Assembly (NCBI GenBank): GCA_963816185.1
Contig: CAWFJJ010000008.1
Coordinates: forward strand, 320,001-384,000
Direction of reading: 5' to 3'
Length of the DNA stretch: 64,000 bases
Source: Thermoanaerobaculia bacterium
GTDB lineage: Bacteria; Acidobacteriota; Thermoanaerobaculia; UBA5066
Part shown: piece by piece, positions 19,358-28,615 of the stretch
How the letters are laid out: every line of letters begins with the position of its first letter
Numbering within the stretch: position 1 is the stretch's first letter
Translations under genes and position numbers: made by a program
Notes under the pieces: model-generated
Seen by the model: only the letters and a program-made list of their open reading frames with translations
Database searches by the model: none
Told to the model about the DNA's origin: nothing

Positions 19358-19443
19358 ACCGAAGGATTAAGATTCCTTCGAGTGAATGAGTCTAGGACTC
19401 CGGCTGGCGCCGAGCGGCGCCGCCGACGCGCCTCCGGCGGGAC

Positions 19444-20385
19444 GTGAGGCCGCTCTCCCCGCCCGCTCCGATGCTCGCCACGCGCGTGGACGCGCCGTTC
19501 ACGCGTCCGGGCTGGATCTTCGAGCCGAAGTACGACGGGTGGCGCGTCCTCGCGCGCCGGCGCGGGAACCGCGTGGCGCTCTTTTCACGCAACGGCCTCG
19601 ACCTCACCGGGGGCGAGCCTGCGGTCGTCGCGGCCCTCGCGTCGCTTCCGGACGGGGATTTCGTCGTGGACGGCGAGCTCGTCGTGTTCGGCAAGGACGG
19701 CGTTCCGCGGTTCTCGCTCCTCCAGAAGAGAGGCGAACCGGGCGCGCTGCCCCCGAGCCTCATCCTGTTCGACTGTCTCGAGAAGGACGGGTCGGCGCTC
19801 GTGTCGCGCCCGCTCGCCGAGAGGCGCGCGGCTCTCGAATCGCTCGTCGGCCGTCGTCCGAAAAAGCCGCTCGTCCTCTCCGAGCGCCTCGGGGCGGACG
19901 GCGCCAAGGCATTCGAGCGCGCCCTCGCGGAAGGCTGGGAAGGCATCATCGGGAAGGACCTCGCCTCGCGCTACGAGGCGGGCCGGCGGTCATTGCGCTG
20001 GCTGAAGGTCAAGGCGCGGAAGGAATCCGAGTTCGTGATCGGCGGGTTCACGCTGCCACGCGGCACGCGCCTGCACTTCGGGGCGCTCCTCGTCGGGCTC
20101 TACGAAGGGAAGGCGCTGCGGTTCTGCGGCGCGGTCGGGACGGGCTTCTCGGACGAGGTCCTCCTCGGCCTCCTCGAGAAGCTCCAGCCGCTGCAGCGCG
20201 ACGTCTGCCCGTTCGCGTCCGTCCCTCGCGAGGTGAAGGACGCGGCGTGGGTCGCTCCGAAGCTCGTCGCGCAGGTCGTTTACGCCGAGTGGACGGCCGA
20301 CGAGAAGCTCCGCCAGCCGGCCTTCCTCGGCCTCAGGAACGACAAGAAGCCGAAGGAATGCCGCTGGGAAGAGAGAGAGAAATAG
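19444..20385 (+). CDS. ligD: ATP-dependent DNA ligase, stand-alone LigD ligase domain
   Basis: EPKYDGWR, DGEL, FD, EGIIGK, WLKVK, VGTGF, LRQPAFLGLRNDK. Confidence 0.88.
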   Translation: MRPLSPPAPMLATRVDAPFTRPGWIFEPKYDGWRVLARRRGNRVALFSRNGLDLTGGEPAVVAALASLPDGDFVVDGELVVFGKDGVPRFSLLQKRGEPGALPPSLILFDCLEKDGSALVSRPLAERRAALESLVGRRPKKPLVLSERLGADGAKAFERALAEGWEGIIGKDLASRYEAGRRSLRWLKVKARKESEFVIGGFTLPRGTRLHFGALLVGLYEGKALRFCGAVGTGFSDEVLLGLLEKLQPLQRDVCPFASVPREVKDAAWVAPKLVAQVVYAEWTADEKLRQPAFLGLRNDKKPKECRWEEREK

Positions 20386-21801
20386 CTACGGCACGATCGT
20401 GATCGTGCCGGTCATGCCGTTGTGCTGTGCCAGCGTCGGAGCACACTCCGTGTGCGTGCAGGCGTAGGTGTACGGAGACGCCGCGACCATGTTCGCGGTC
20501 GGCGTGAAGCTGACCGTGCAGGGGAGATTGGCCGTGATGACGTCGCATTGCGTGATCCCGAGGAGCGCGAGGCCGCCGACGCCGTGCGTCTTGCCCTCGC
20601 TCTGCGGCGTCGTCCACGTGATCGTGTAGGGCTGGCCGACCTTGAGATTCACGTTGTTGTTCGTAGTGCCGCTGCACGGACCCGTCTGGCAAACGTACGT
20701 CCAGTGCGTGTTGTTCGTCGTCGTCGCCAGGATGGTGACGGTGATCGGGGCCGCCGTCCCCACGACGACGTCTTTCGTCGCGGAGCCCGTGCCGTTCGCG
20801 TTGTCGACGAAAAGCGCCGTGTGGTACGTCCCCGGCGCCGCGTACGTGTGCGTCGACGTGCCGGTCGTCGTCGAGTCGACCGCTCCGTCGCCGAACGCCC
20901 AGAAGCGGTTCACGGGTGAGTTCGTGGACGTGTCGGTGAACGTGGCGGCTTGCCCGGTAACCGGGCTGGCCGGGGTCACCGTGTAGGAGGCGACGGGAGC
21001 GGACGACGAGACGTTCGGCTCGGCCGTCATGACGATGGCGAAGGGATCGCCGGATGCGTTGTTGATGACGGACGCGAAGACGAGGACGGGCTGGTCGCTC
21101 GTGAACTCCACCCAGAGATTCGTGTCGGTGGTGCCCGCGACGCCCGGAAACGTGCCGCCGTCGTCGAGCGCCTTCTGCACGAGCCCGTTCGCGCCGACGG
21201 AGATCGTGCCGCTCGAGAGCTGGCTCCCGTCGCCCTTCCGGATCTTCACCGTCACGTTCGCGGCGGTCGCACCGGGGTTCATGAAATCGAGGTTGCTGCG
21301 GTAGCCGGTCGTCGCGTTCGCGCTCGCGGCGAGCTGGACCAGCGTGCCGGCTTTGAGGGCCGTGGTCGTGTCGATTCCCGGCAGCCATTGCCCGGAGACG
21401 GAGCCGTTGCCGCAGGCGTTCACGTTGTTCACGCCCGAGGAGACGATCAGCTCACCCGCCGTCTCGAGCCGAATGGGGCCGAACACGCCGATCGACTGCC
21501 CGAAGAGGCCCTGGAGGGCGTTGTCGTACGCGAGCTGCTCGCGCGGTCCGATCGTCACGACCGGCATCTGCACGGTGTTGACGACGTTTCCGGCCGCGTC
21601 CGAGCGGTAGAAAATCGGCGTGAAGTTGATCGGAGAGCTCGTCGGGTTGAACACGCGGACGTCGGAGTGAAACTCGGCGTTGTTCTTCCCCGACGAGAAC
21701 GCGGACGACGGAATCACGACGTCGCCCAACGCCGCGGCGGCGGTGAGCGCGAGCGCGAGAACGAGCGGCAGAACGAAACGTACTTGAGCCGGTGTCTTCA
21801 T
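20386..21801 (-). CDS. Secreted protein: uncharacterised N-terminal domain + PKD domain + C-terminal cupredoxin-like domain
   Basis: Signal peptide. PKD motifs WAFGDG and [10 protein letters not shown]-terminal THG...YACTHTEC...[10 protein letters not shown]. Confidence 0.75.
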   Translation of the reverse strand: MKTPAQVRFVLPLVLALALTAAAALGDVVIPSSAFSSGKNNAEFHSDVRVFNPTSSPINFTPIFYRSDAAGNVVNTVQMPVVTIGPREQLAYDNALQGLFGQSIGVFGPIRLETAGELIVSSGVNNVNACGNGSVSGQWLPGIDTTTALKAGTLVQLAASANATTGYRSNLDFMNPGATAANVTVKIRKGDGSQLSSGTISVGANGLVQKALDDGGTFPGVAGTTDTNLWVEFTSDQPVLVFASVINNASGDPFAIVMTAEPNVSSSAPVASYTVTPASPVTGQAATFTDTSTNSPVNRFWAFGDGAVDSTTTGTSTHTYAAPGTYHTALFVDNANGTGSATKDVVVGTAAPITVTILATTTNNTHWTYVCQTGPCSGTTNNNVNLKVGQPYTITWTTPQSEGKTHGVGGLALLGITQCDVITANLPCTVSFTPTANMVAASPYTYACTHTECAPTLAQHNGMTGTITIVP

Positions 21802-21932
21802 CGAAATCCTTTCGTAGCGCGTCAAGAAACGGGCCGCAGCGCGAGTCCTCCGGGAGTGGCGGCAGCACGGAATGTCTCACACGGTTGGACGCAGAGGGAG
21901 TGTCTGAGATCACGAGCGGGTACACTTTCCGC

Positions 21933-22877
21933 GTGGATTTCTGGAAAAATCGCCGCGTTCTCGTCACCGGAGCGGGCGGCTTTCTCGGGCGCTCGCTCGT
22001 TCGCGCGCTCGAGGCGCGCGGTCCTGCTGTGCTCCTCATTCCGCGATCGACTCAGCTCGACTTGCGCGAGCGCGACGCCGTGCGCGCGTATCTGGCGCAC
22101 GAGAAGCCGGACCTCATCGTCCATCTCGCCGCGGTCGTCGGCGGCATCGGCGCGAACCGCAGGCATCCGGGCCTTTTCTTTTTCGAGAACGCGATCATGG
22201 GCGTCCAGCTCATCGAGGAAGCGCGCCGCGCAGGGATCGGGAAATTCGTCTGCCTCGGAACAATCTGCGCGTACCCCAAGCACACGCCCGTGCCGTTCCG
22301 GGAAGAGGACCTGTGGAACGGCTATCCGGAGGAGACGAACGCGCCGTACGGCCTCGCGAAGAAAATGCTCCTCGTCCAGCTCCAGGCGTACCGCGAGGAG
22401 TACGGCTTTCCGGGCATCTACCTTCTTCCGGTGAACCTCTACGGCCCTGAAGACCACTTCGACCTCGAGAGCTCGCACGTGATCCCCGCGATGATCCGCA
22501 AGTTCCTCGAGGCGCACGAGAGCGGCGCGCGCGAGGTCGTCCTCTGGGGCGACGGCTCGCCGACGCGCGAGTTCCTCTACGTGGAGGACGCCGCCGAGGG
22601 AATTCTCGCGGCCGCGGAGCGATACGACGGCGCCGATCCGGTCAACCTCGGCTCGGGCGACGAGATCTCCATCAAGGACCTTGCGGCGCTCGTCGCCAAA
22701 GAGACCGGATTCGGCGGCGGCATCCGGTGGGACGTCTCGCAGCCGAACGGCCAGCCGCGGCGGAAGCTGGACGTGACGCGGGCGCAGCAGCTCTTCGGCT
22801 GGAGGTCGCGAGTCTCGTTGACCGAGGGCCTCCGCCGGACGATCGACTGGTACAGAGGGGCCGCCAGGACCGTCTGA
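21933..22877 (+). CDS. fcl: GDP-L-fucose synthase
   Basis: [57 protein letters not shown]. Confidence 0.93.
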   Translation: MDFWKNRRVLVTGAGGFLGRSLVRALEARGPAVLLIPRSTQLDLRERDAVRAYLAHEKPDLIVHLAAVVGGIGANRRHPGLFFFENAIMGVQLIEEARRAGIGKFVCLGTICAYPKHTPVPFREEDLWNGYPEETNAPYGLAKKMLLVQLQAYREEYGFPGIYLLPVNLYGPEDHFDLESSHVIPAMIRKFLEAHESGAREVVLWGDGSPTREFLYVEDAAEGILAAAERYDGADPVNLGSGDEISIKDLAALVAKETGFGGGIRWDVSQPNGQPRRKLDVTRAQQLFGWRSRVSLTEGLRRTIDWYRGAARTV

Positions 22878-23062
22878 CAGCTGGATTCCGCCCACGACTA
22901 ATCGTCGGCTCCCTGTTCTCCGAAGCGACACAATTTGGTTGCAAACGTCTAAGCCAAGGCCGGTTACTCACCCTGAAACTGGCTCATCAGCCGATGTTTA
23001 AACCTTTCTTATACAGATGCTTGACAGGCGAATTGACACCCATTCTCATGTACTCCATATGT

Positions 23063-23079
23063 AGGCACCTATGTTGCTA
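23063..23079 (+). promoter_or_regulatory. Putative sigma-54 (-24/-12) promoter of the pilus operon
   Basis: AGGCAC-CTATG-TTGCTA, exact GG-N10-GC spacing, in an AT-rich intergenic region. Confidence 0.6.
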
Positions 23080-23084
23080 ACAAA

Positions 23085-23110
23085 TGTGTCAGTGAAACAG
23101 AGATGACACA
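23085..23110. promoter_or_regulatory. Inverted repeat, candidate operator or 5' leader hairpin
   Basis: TGTGTCA-N12-TGACACA. TTGACA also occurs at 23021 and 23033. Confidence 0.45.
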
Positions 23111-23198
23111 CTACCGTGGAGCAGAAGAGGCCGCCTCGGGTGTCAAACAGAAAAAGAAAAACAACAGGAAAGAGAAAAGAGAGAAGAAGGAGAATCCC

Positions 23199-23681
23199 AT
23201 GAAAAAGACGCTCATCCCCATCGCGCTGGCCTTTGCGCTCATCGCACTAGCACCGGCGGCCTTCGCGGCCTCTACGCCCGGCACCCTCACCGTGACCGCG
23301 AGCGTGGCGGCTAACTGCACGATCTCGAACGCGACCTTGGCCTTCGGCGCGTACGATCCGGTCTCGGCGAACGCCTCAACAGGGATCGACCTCGACGCGC
23401 AGACCACGATGTCCGTGCTCTGCACGAAGGGGGTCACGCCCACAATCTCGACCGCCACCGCGGGCGGGGCGATGGCCAGCACCCCGGCCGGCTTCTCGCT
23501 GAATTACCTGCTCTTCTCGAACTCCGGCCGCACGACGTCCTTCGTCACGCCGTTCTCGCTGGGTGCGTCCGCCTCCAACAAGACCGCGCAGACCGTGACG
23601 ATCTACGGCCGGGTCGCGAAGGACCAGGACGTGGGCGTCGCGGCCTACAGCGGAACGACCACGGTCACCGTCAACTTCTAA
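23199..23681 (+). CDS. Csu-type major pilin (spore coat protein U domain)
   Basis: Signal peptide, LTVTASVAANC, LAFGAYDP, CTKG, LNY, IYGRV...YSGTTTVTVNF. RBS AGGAG. Confidence 0.88.
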   Translation: MKKTLIPIALAFALIALAPAAFAASTPGTLTVTASVAANCTISNATLAFGAYDPVSANASTGIDLDAQTTMSVLCTKGVTPTISTATAGGAMASTPAGFSLNYLLFSNSGRTTSFVTPFSLGASASNKTAQTVTIYGRVAKDQDVGVAAYSGTTTVTVNF

Positions 23682-23698
23682 AGCTCTACTTCTGACCT

Positions 23699-23736
23699 GA
23701 CGCCGCCCCGGGTCTGCCGATCCGTCGGGCGGCGTC
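23699..23736 (+). terminator. Intergenic hairpin after the first pilin gene (mRNA-stabilising or attenuating)
   Basis: GACGCCGCCC...GGGCGGCGTC 10-bp stem with no U tract. Confidence 0.4.
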
Positions 23737-23797
23737 GCCTCTGAAGGGTGTACCGAAAACGCATCCAGCCAGCCGTAACTGAAGAGGAGTCCCACCC

Positions 23798-24319
23798 GTG
23801 AAACGACCGCTCGCCATCGCCTTCGCCGCCGCCCTCCTCGGGGCCGGCCCGCTTGCCGGAGCAAGCGCCACGGCGAGCCTGAGCGTGTCGGTCACGGTCT
23901 CCAGCAACTGCCGGATCTCCGCTTCCCCTATCGGGTTCGGCGCGTACGACCCCGTCGTGGCGAACCTCGCGACGCCGGTGACGGGAACCGGAGGCGTCAC
24001 GATCACGTGCACGCGGGGGACGTCGGCGTCCCTCACGCTCGGCCCCGGCGCGAACCCGTCCGGCTCCACGCGGCGGATGCGGGGCGGAACCGGATTCATC
24101 TCCTACGAGCTCTACATGCCGGCTTCCGAGAGCCCGGGCGCGCCGTGCAGCTTCGCGTCCCCGAGGGTGTGGGGAACGGCTGGCGACGCCGTCTTCACGC
24201 CCTCTTCCGCCCCCAGCCGGGATCCCAGGTCGTACAATGTCTGCGGTCGCATTCCAGAAGCTCAGGACGTCCTCGCCGCCACCTACTTCGATGCGGTCGT
24301 GGCAACGGCCAACTTCTGA
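23798..24319 (+). CDS. Csu-type pilin (SCPU domain)
   Basis: Paralog of the previous pilin: FGAYDP, CTRG, YELY, GRIP...QDV, terminal F. Confidence 0.87.
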   Translation: MKRPLAIAFAAALLGAGPLAGASATASLSVSVTVSSNCRISASPIGFGAYDPVVANLATPVTGTGGVTITCTRGTSASLTLGPGANPSGSTRRMRGGTGFISYELYMPASESPGAPCSFASPRVWGTAGDAVFTPSSAPSRDPRSYNVCGRIPEAQDVLAATYFDAVVATANF

Positions 24320-24336
24320 GAATAGGGGGCTCGGTC

Positions 24337-25124
24337 GTGGACGCAGGTCTTTCCGTTCTGCAGTTGAAGCTCCGCGCGGCGGGGCTGGCCCTTTTTCTTC
24401 TTATCGCGGCGCTTCCGGCTCCCGCGGCCACGTTCAAGGTCTCGCCGATCCAGATCTACCTATCCACCCACAGGACCACCGAGCTTCTCTCGGTCGAGAA
24501 CCAGAGCACCGAGACCGTGCGGCTTCAGGTGACCGCATTCGGCTGGAACCAGAGCCCCAAGGGCGAGATCGAGCTCTTGCCGACGGAGGACGTCGTGTTC
24601 TTCCCGTCGCTTCTGACGCTGGAGCCGGGAAAGGAACGGAAGATCCGCATCGGCGTCTCGAAGCCACCGGGAGCGGTCGAGAGAACGTATCGCGTGTTCG
24701 TCGAGGAGCTTCCCCCCTCGAAAAGCCCTCCGAAGTCGGAAACCGTTCCGAGGTGAAGGTCCTGACGCGCTTCGGAATTCCGATCTTCGTCCAGCCGGCG
24801 AAACTTACGAAGACGGGCGCGATCGAGGGCGCGAAGCTGGAGTCCGGCACGGTGAAGTTCCAGGTGAAGAACACCGGGAACGCGGCGTTTTCGGTCCTTT
24901 CGGTACGTGCGACCGGAGCGGCCGCCGGCGGCGCCCAGACCTTCGAGAACCAGGCGGCAGGCTGGTACGTCCTCGCCGGAGGCGAACGCGCGTTCGAGAT
25001 CGCAATTCCGCCGGCCGACTGCCGGCGCACGAAGACGATTTCCGTCGAGGCGAAAACCGAGCGCGACGCCTGGAAGGCCTCGCTCGCCGTGGCGCCGGAG
25101 GCGTGCGAGCCGGCGTCGCGCTGA
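24337..25124 (+). CDS. Fimbrial periplasmic chaperone (CsuC/PapD-like), apparent frameshift near 24750
   Basis: VSPIQI, FFPSLLTL, ERTYRVFVEELP, then RFGIPIFVQP, NTGN and WYVLAG in the other frame. Confidence 0.83.
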
Positions 25125-27484
25125 GAGGGGCGTCGCATGCGCTCTGCCTGCTTGTGAGAGCGCGATGGCTCCTTCTCGTTCTCGCACTCGCGTTCACGGC
25201 GCCGGGATGGGCGAGTGAGACGCCGGCGCCCCCGCAGACGCGGGCCGCGAAGGCCGTCGTTCCACTCTCCGTCAACACGGTGCCGAAGGGCGACGTGCTC
25301 GTGGTCCTCGTGGGCGAGGACGTCCTGCTTCGAGTACGCGATCTCACGGCGGCTGGCGTGACCGGCTTCGCGGGGCGGCGCGAGACACGCGACGGCGAGG
25401 AGTGGGTCTCGCTCGCCTCCCTCGCTCCGGGCGCCTCCTACCGCTTCGATCCGGAGACGGTGACTCTGTCGGTGACCGTCCCTCCAGCGTGGCTCGCGGG
25501 GCAGGTCCTCAACCTCGCCATGCCGCGGCCCGCCGGCCTCGTTTACCTCTCGAGCCCGAGCCTGTTCGCGAACTACGCCGTCAACGTCACGGACGCCAAG
25601 ACCTGGAACGCGTTCGGCGAGGCGGGACTGAGCCTCGGTGGAAACCTCTTCTACAGCGCGGTGATGCGGGCGGACGACGGAAGCGTCGTCCGGGGCCTCA
25701 CGAACGTCACGCACGACGACCGCACGCGGCTCGTGAGATGGGTCGCCGGCGACTCCTTCACCGCGGCGGGAGGCGTCGGGGGCTCGCTTTTCCTCGCCGG
25801 TCTCAGCGTCTCGCGCAGCTTCGACCTCGACCCCTACTTCGTGCGCTACCCCTCGTTCGCGCTCACGGGCGCGGCCACGACGCCGTCCACGGTCGACGTG
25901 TACGTCAACGGCAACATCGTGAAACGGGAGGCGATCGGGCCGGGCCCGTTCCAGCTTTCGAACATCCTCCTGCCGGCCGGCAACGGGACGACGCGCGTCG
26001 TCGTGCGGGACGTGTTCGGACAGGAGCGGGAGATCACGAGCGGCTTCTACGCGTCGACCGCCGTCCTCGCGAAGGGGCTGTCGGAGTTCACGTACAACCT
26101 CGGATTCCGGAGGGACAACCTCGCGACGGAGAGCTTCGATTACGGCTCGCTCTCGTTCCTCGGCCGCCACCGGTACGGATTCTCGGACTCGCTGACCGCC
26201 GAGCTGCGCCTCGAAGCCGACGATCAGCTCGTGAGCGGGGGTCCCGGATTCGCGTGGCGGCTTCCGGTCGGCGAGATCGAGGGATACCTCGCGGCCAGCC
26301 GCGAAGGAGGGCGGACCGGCGGCGCGGCGTCGCTTTCCTATCGCTATGTCGGCCAGCCCGTGAATTACGGCGTCTTCGCAACCGCGCTCAGCCCCCATTA
26401 CGCCGCGCTCGGCCTTTCCATCGACCAGGACCGGCCGCGCTGGGACGGAAATGCCTTCGTCGGAGTCCAGATCGGCCGGCTCGCGAGCCTCACGCTCCAG
26501 TACACCGGAACCGTTCCCCGCGACACGCCGTCCTCGCAGCGCGCAGCGCTGTCGAGCTCTTCGAGTCTCACCCGCGACCTAAGCCTCTTCCTCTCGTTCG
26601 CGCGCGTCTTCCAGGGATCCACGCAGGGAAGCGAGGCTTTCATCGGGCTCAGCTACTTCCTCGGCCGGAACACGACCGCGCTCGCCTCGTACGGTCACCA
26701 GGATGGATTGAATACGGGGTCGATCGACGTCCAGAAATCGCTGCCCGTCGGTACGGGCTACGGGTATCACTTCAACGGGACCGCCGGGGACGGGCCAGGC
26801 AGCGCGAGCGGCGACGTCCAATACAACGCGTCCTTCGGCCGGTACGAGGCCTCGGTCCTGCGCCTCGGCGGCGAGACGTCGTCGACGCTCAGCGCGTCCG
26901 GAGGAATCGTCGTGCTCGGCGGAGCGGTGCTTCCGACGCGGCCCGTCGTGGACAGCTTCGCGCTCATCCGCGTGCCCGGCGTACCGGGCGTGCACGGAAC
27001 CGCAAGCAATCAGGACGTGGGAACGACGAACGGAAGCGGCGATCTCCTGGTTCCGAGCCTCATCCCGTATTACGGCAACCGGATCGGGATCTCGGACCGG
27101 GACGTGCCCATCGATTATGAAATCGGCTCGGTGGAACGCACCGTGGCGACGCCGTATCGCGGCGGCGCGGTCGTCGAGTTCCCCGTGAAGCGCGTCACGA
27201 CCGTGACGGGACGCGTGCTGATCGCCGAGGCGGGAACCGAGAAAGTTCCGGCGTACGGGGAGCTGACCGTAACGGGCCCGGACGGGGTGCCGCAAGCCTC
27301 ACCCGTGGGCGGCGACGGGGCTTTCTACCTCGAGAACCTTTCTCCCGGCCGCTACCCGGCCGCCGTCGAGCACAAGGAAGCGGTCTGCCGGTTCACGCTC
27401 GTCGTCCCGGCGTCTCCGTCGGCGTTCGTCAACCTCGGAACATTGCGCTGCGCCGCGCCCAAGGAAAGCGGGAAGAACCCATGA
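25103..27484 (+). CDS. Fimbrial outer-membrane usher (CsuD-like); start uncertain (25103-25154)
   Basis: PSTVDVYVNG, GPFQL, VVRDVFGQE, LAKGLSEF, SFALIRVPGVPG, LIPYYGNRI. Confidence 0.88.
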   Translation: MRAGVALRGASHALCLLVRARWLLLVLALAFTAPGWASETPAPPQTRAAKAVVPLSVNTVPKGDVLVVLVGEDVLLRVRDLTAAGVTGFAGRRETRDGEEWVSLASLAPGASYRFDPETVTLSVTVPPAWLAGQVLNLAMPRPAGLVYLSSPSLFANYAVNVTDAKTWNAFGEAGLSLGGNLFYSAVMRADDGSVVRGLTNVTHDDRTRLVRWVAGDSFTAAGGVGGSLFLAGLSVSRSFDLDPYFVRYPSFALTGAATTPSTVDVYVNGNIVKREAIGPGPFQLSNILLPAGNGTTRVVVRDVFGQEREITSGFYASTAVLAKGLSEFTYNLGFRRDNLATESFDYGSLSFLGRHRYGFSDSLTAELRLEADDQLVSGGPGFAWRLPVGEIEGYLAASREGGRTGGAASLSYRYVGQPVNYGVFATALSPHYAALGLSIDQDRPRWDGNAFVGVQIGRLASLTLQYTGTVPRDTPSSQRAALSSSSSLTRDLSLFLSFARVFQGSTQGSEAFIGLSYFLGRNTTALASYGHQDGLNTGSIDVQKSLPVGTGYGYHFNGTAGDGPGSASGDVQYNASFGRYEASVLRLGGETSSTLSASGGIVVLGGAVLPTRPVVDSFALIRVPGVPGVHGTASNQDVGTTNGSGDLLVPSLIPYYGNRIGISDRDVPIDYEIGSVERTVATPYRGGAVVEFPVKRVTTVTGRVLIAEAGTEKVPAYGELTVTGPDGVPQASPVGGDGAFYLENLSPGRYPAAVEHKEAVCRFTLVVPASPSAFVNLGTLRCAAPKESGKNP

Positions 27485-27945
27485 AGAAAAACACCGTCCT
27501 CTCGTTTCTCGCGCTCCTGCCGCTCTTCGTCCTCGCGCCGCGCGCCGAGGCGCTGACCTGCACGTTCAGCTCGATCACCGGCGTGAATTTCGGGTCCTAC
27601 GACGTACTGAGCGCCAGTCCCAGGACAGCCACGGGGACCATCACCTATTCGTGCAGGAACGTCAACAAAGCGGCTCTCATGACGATGGATCTTTCGGCGG
27701 GCAGTTCCACGACGTACGCGAACCGCACTCTCCGCTTTGGCGCCAACATCCTGAACTACAACCTCTACTCCACCGCCACCAACACCCAGGTGTGGGGGAA
27801 CGGCACCGGCACGACGTACCACTTCAGTGTCGACCCGACCGACAGGAACGCCCACACACTGACGGTCTACGGGACGATCCCGGCCGGCCAGAACGTCGGC
27901 GTCGGGAACTACACCGACACGATCACCGTCACGATGAACTTCTAA
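27481..27945 (+). CDS. Csu-type pilin (SCPU domain)
   Basis: Signal peptide, VNFGSYD, LNYNLY, WGNG, VYGTIPAGQ, YTDTITVTMNF. Confidence 0.88.
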   Translation: MKKNTVLSFLALLPLFVLAPRAEALTCTFSSITGVNFGSYDVLSASPRTATGTITYSCRNVNKAALMTMDLSAGSSTTYANRTLRFGANILNYNLYSTATNTQVWGNGTGTTYHFSVDPTDRNAHTLTVYGTIPAGQNVGVGNYTDTITVTMNF

Positions 27946-28108
27946 GCAGATTTCGTTCGGCGCGCGCCTCCGCGCGCTGCTCCAACGATGTGTCCGGCAC
28001 GTTCCACCTGTGCCGTCCTCTGGAACGCGAGCCGGCTAACTCGTTGCACCGCAATGGTGGCGGAAGAAATTACCCAGGCATGACTCCCGCAATGGTCTCC
28101 GCCGGGAG

Positions 28109-28606
28109 ATGCGAGTCATGCGAGACGGAAAAACCAATTCGGCGATTTCGGGCCTCTCTGCCGGCGCCTTCGCTCTCGCGGCTCTCCTCGCGCCTGCGCT
28201 CTCGGCGCACGCGGGAAGCGTTACCGCGTCGCTTTCCGTCTCGGTCGTCGTGCCCCCTCGGGCCGTCCTCTCGGTCGAATCCCAGCCGGAGGGCCTCGAA
28301 ATCACCGAGGCGGACGTGGCGCGCGGCTGGGTGGAGGCGCCTGCGGCGTCGCTCGTCCGGGTCCGGTCGAACTCGCCGGCCGGCTGGCTCCTGGAGTTCC
28401 AGCCCCTGCAGGGTCCCTATCGCGCTCTCGAGGTGACGGGTCTCGGCGCGACGGCGCAGGTGAGCGCGGCCGGCGGCTGGCTCGCGCAGCCGTATGCGGG
28501 ACGGATGCTCGTGACCGCATCGCTCGGCTATCGCTTCTTCCTCTCCAGCGACGCGCGGCCGGGGCTCTACTCGTGGCCGGTGGCTCTCAGCGCGACTCCA
28601 CGCTGA
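28109..28606 (+). CDS. Secreted hypothetical protein, pilin-like N-terminal strand
   Basis: Signal peptide ending AHA, then ASLSVSVVV, similar to ASLSVSVTV in the pilin at 23798. Beta-rich. Confidence 0.65.
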   Translation: MRVMRDGKTNSAISGLSAGAFALAALLAPALSAHAGSVTASLSVSVVVPPRAVLSVESQPEGLEITEADVARGWVEAPAASLVRVRSNSPAGWLLEFQPLQGPYRALEVTGLGATAQVSAAGGWLAQPYAGRMLVTASLGYRFFLSSDARPGLYSWPVALSATPR

Positions 28607-28615
28607 ATCGCAGCC

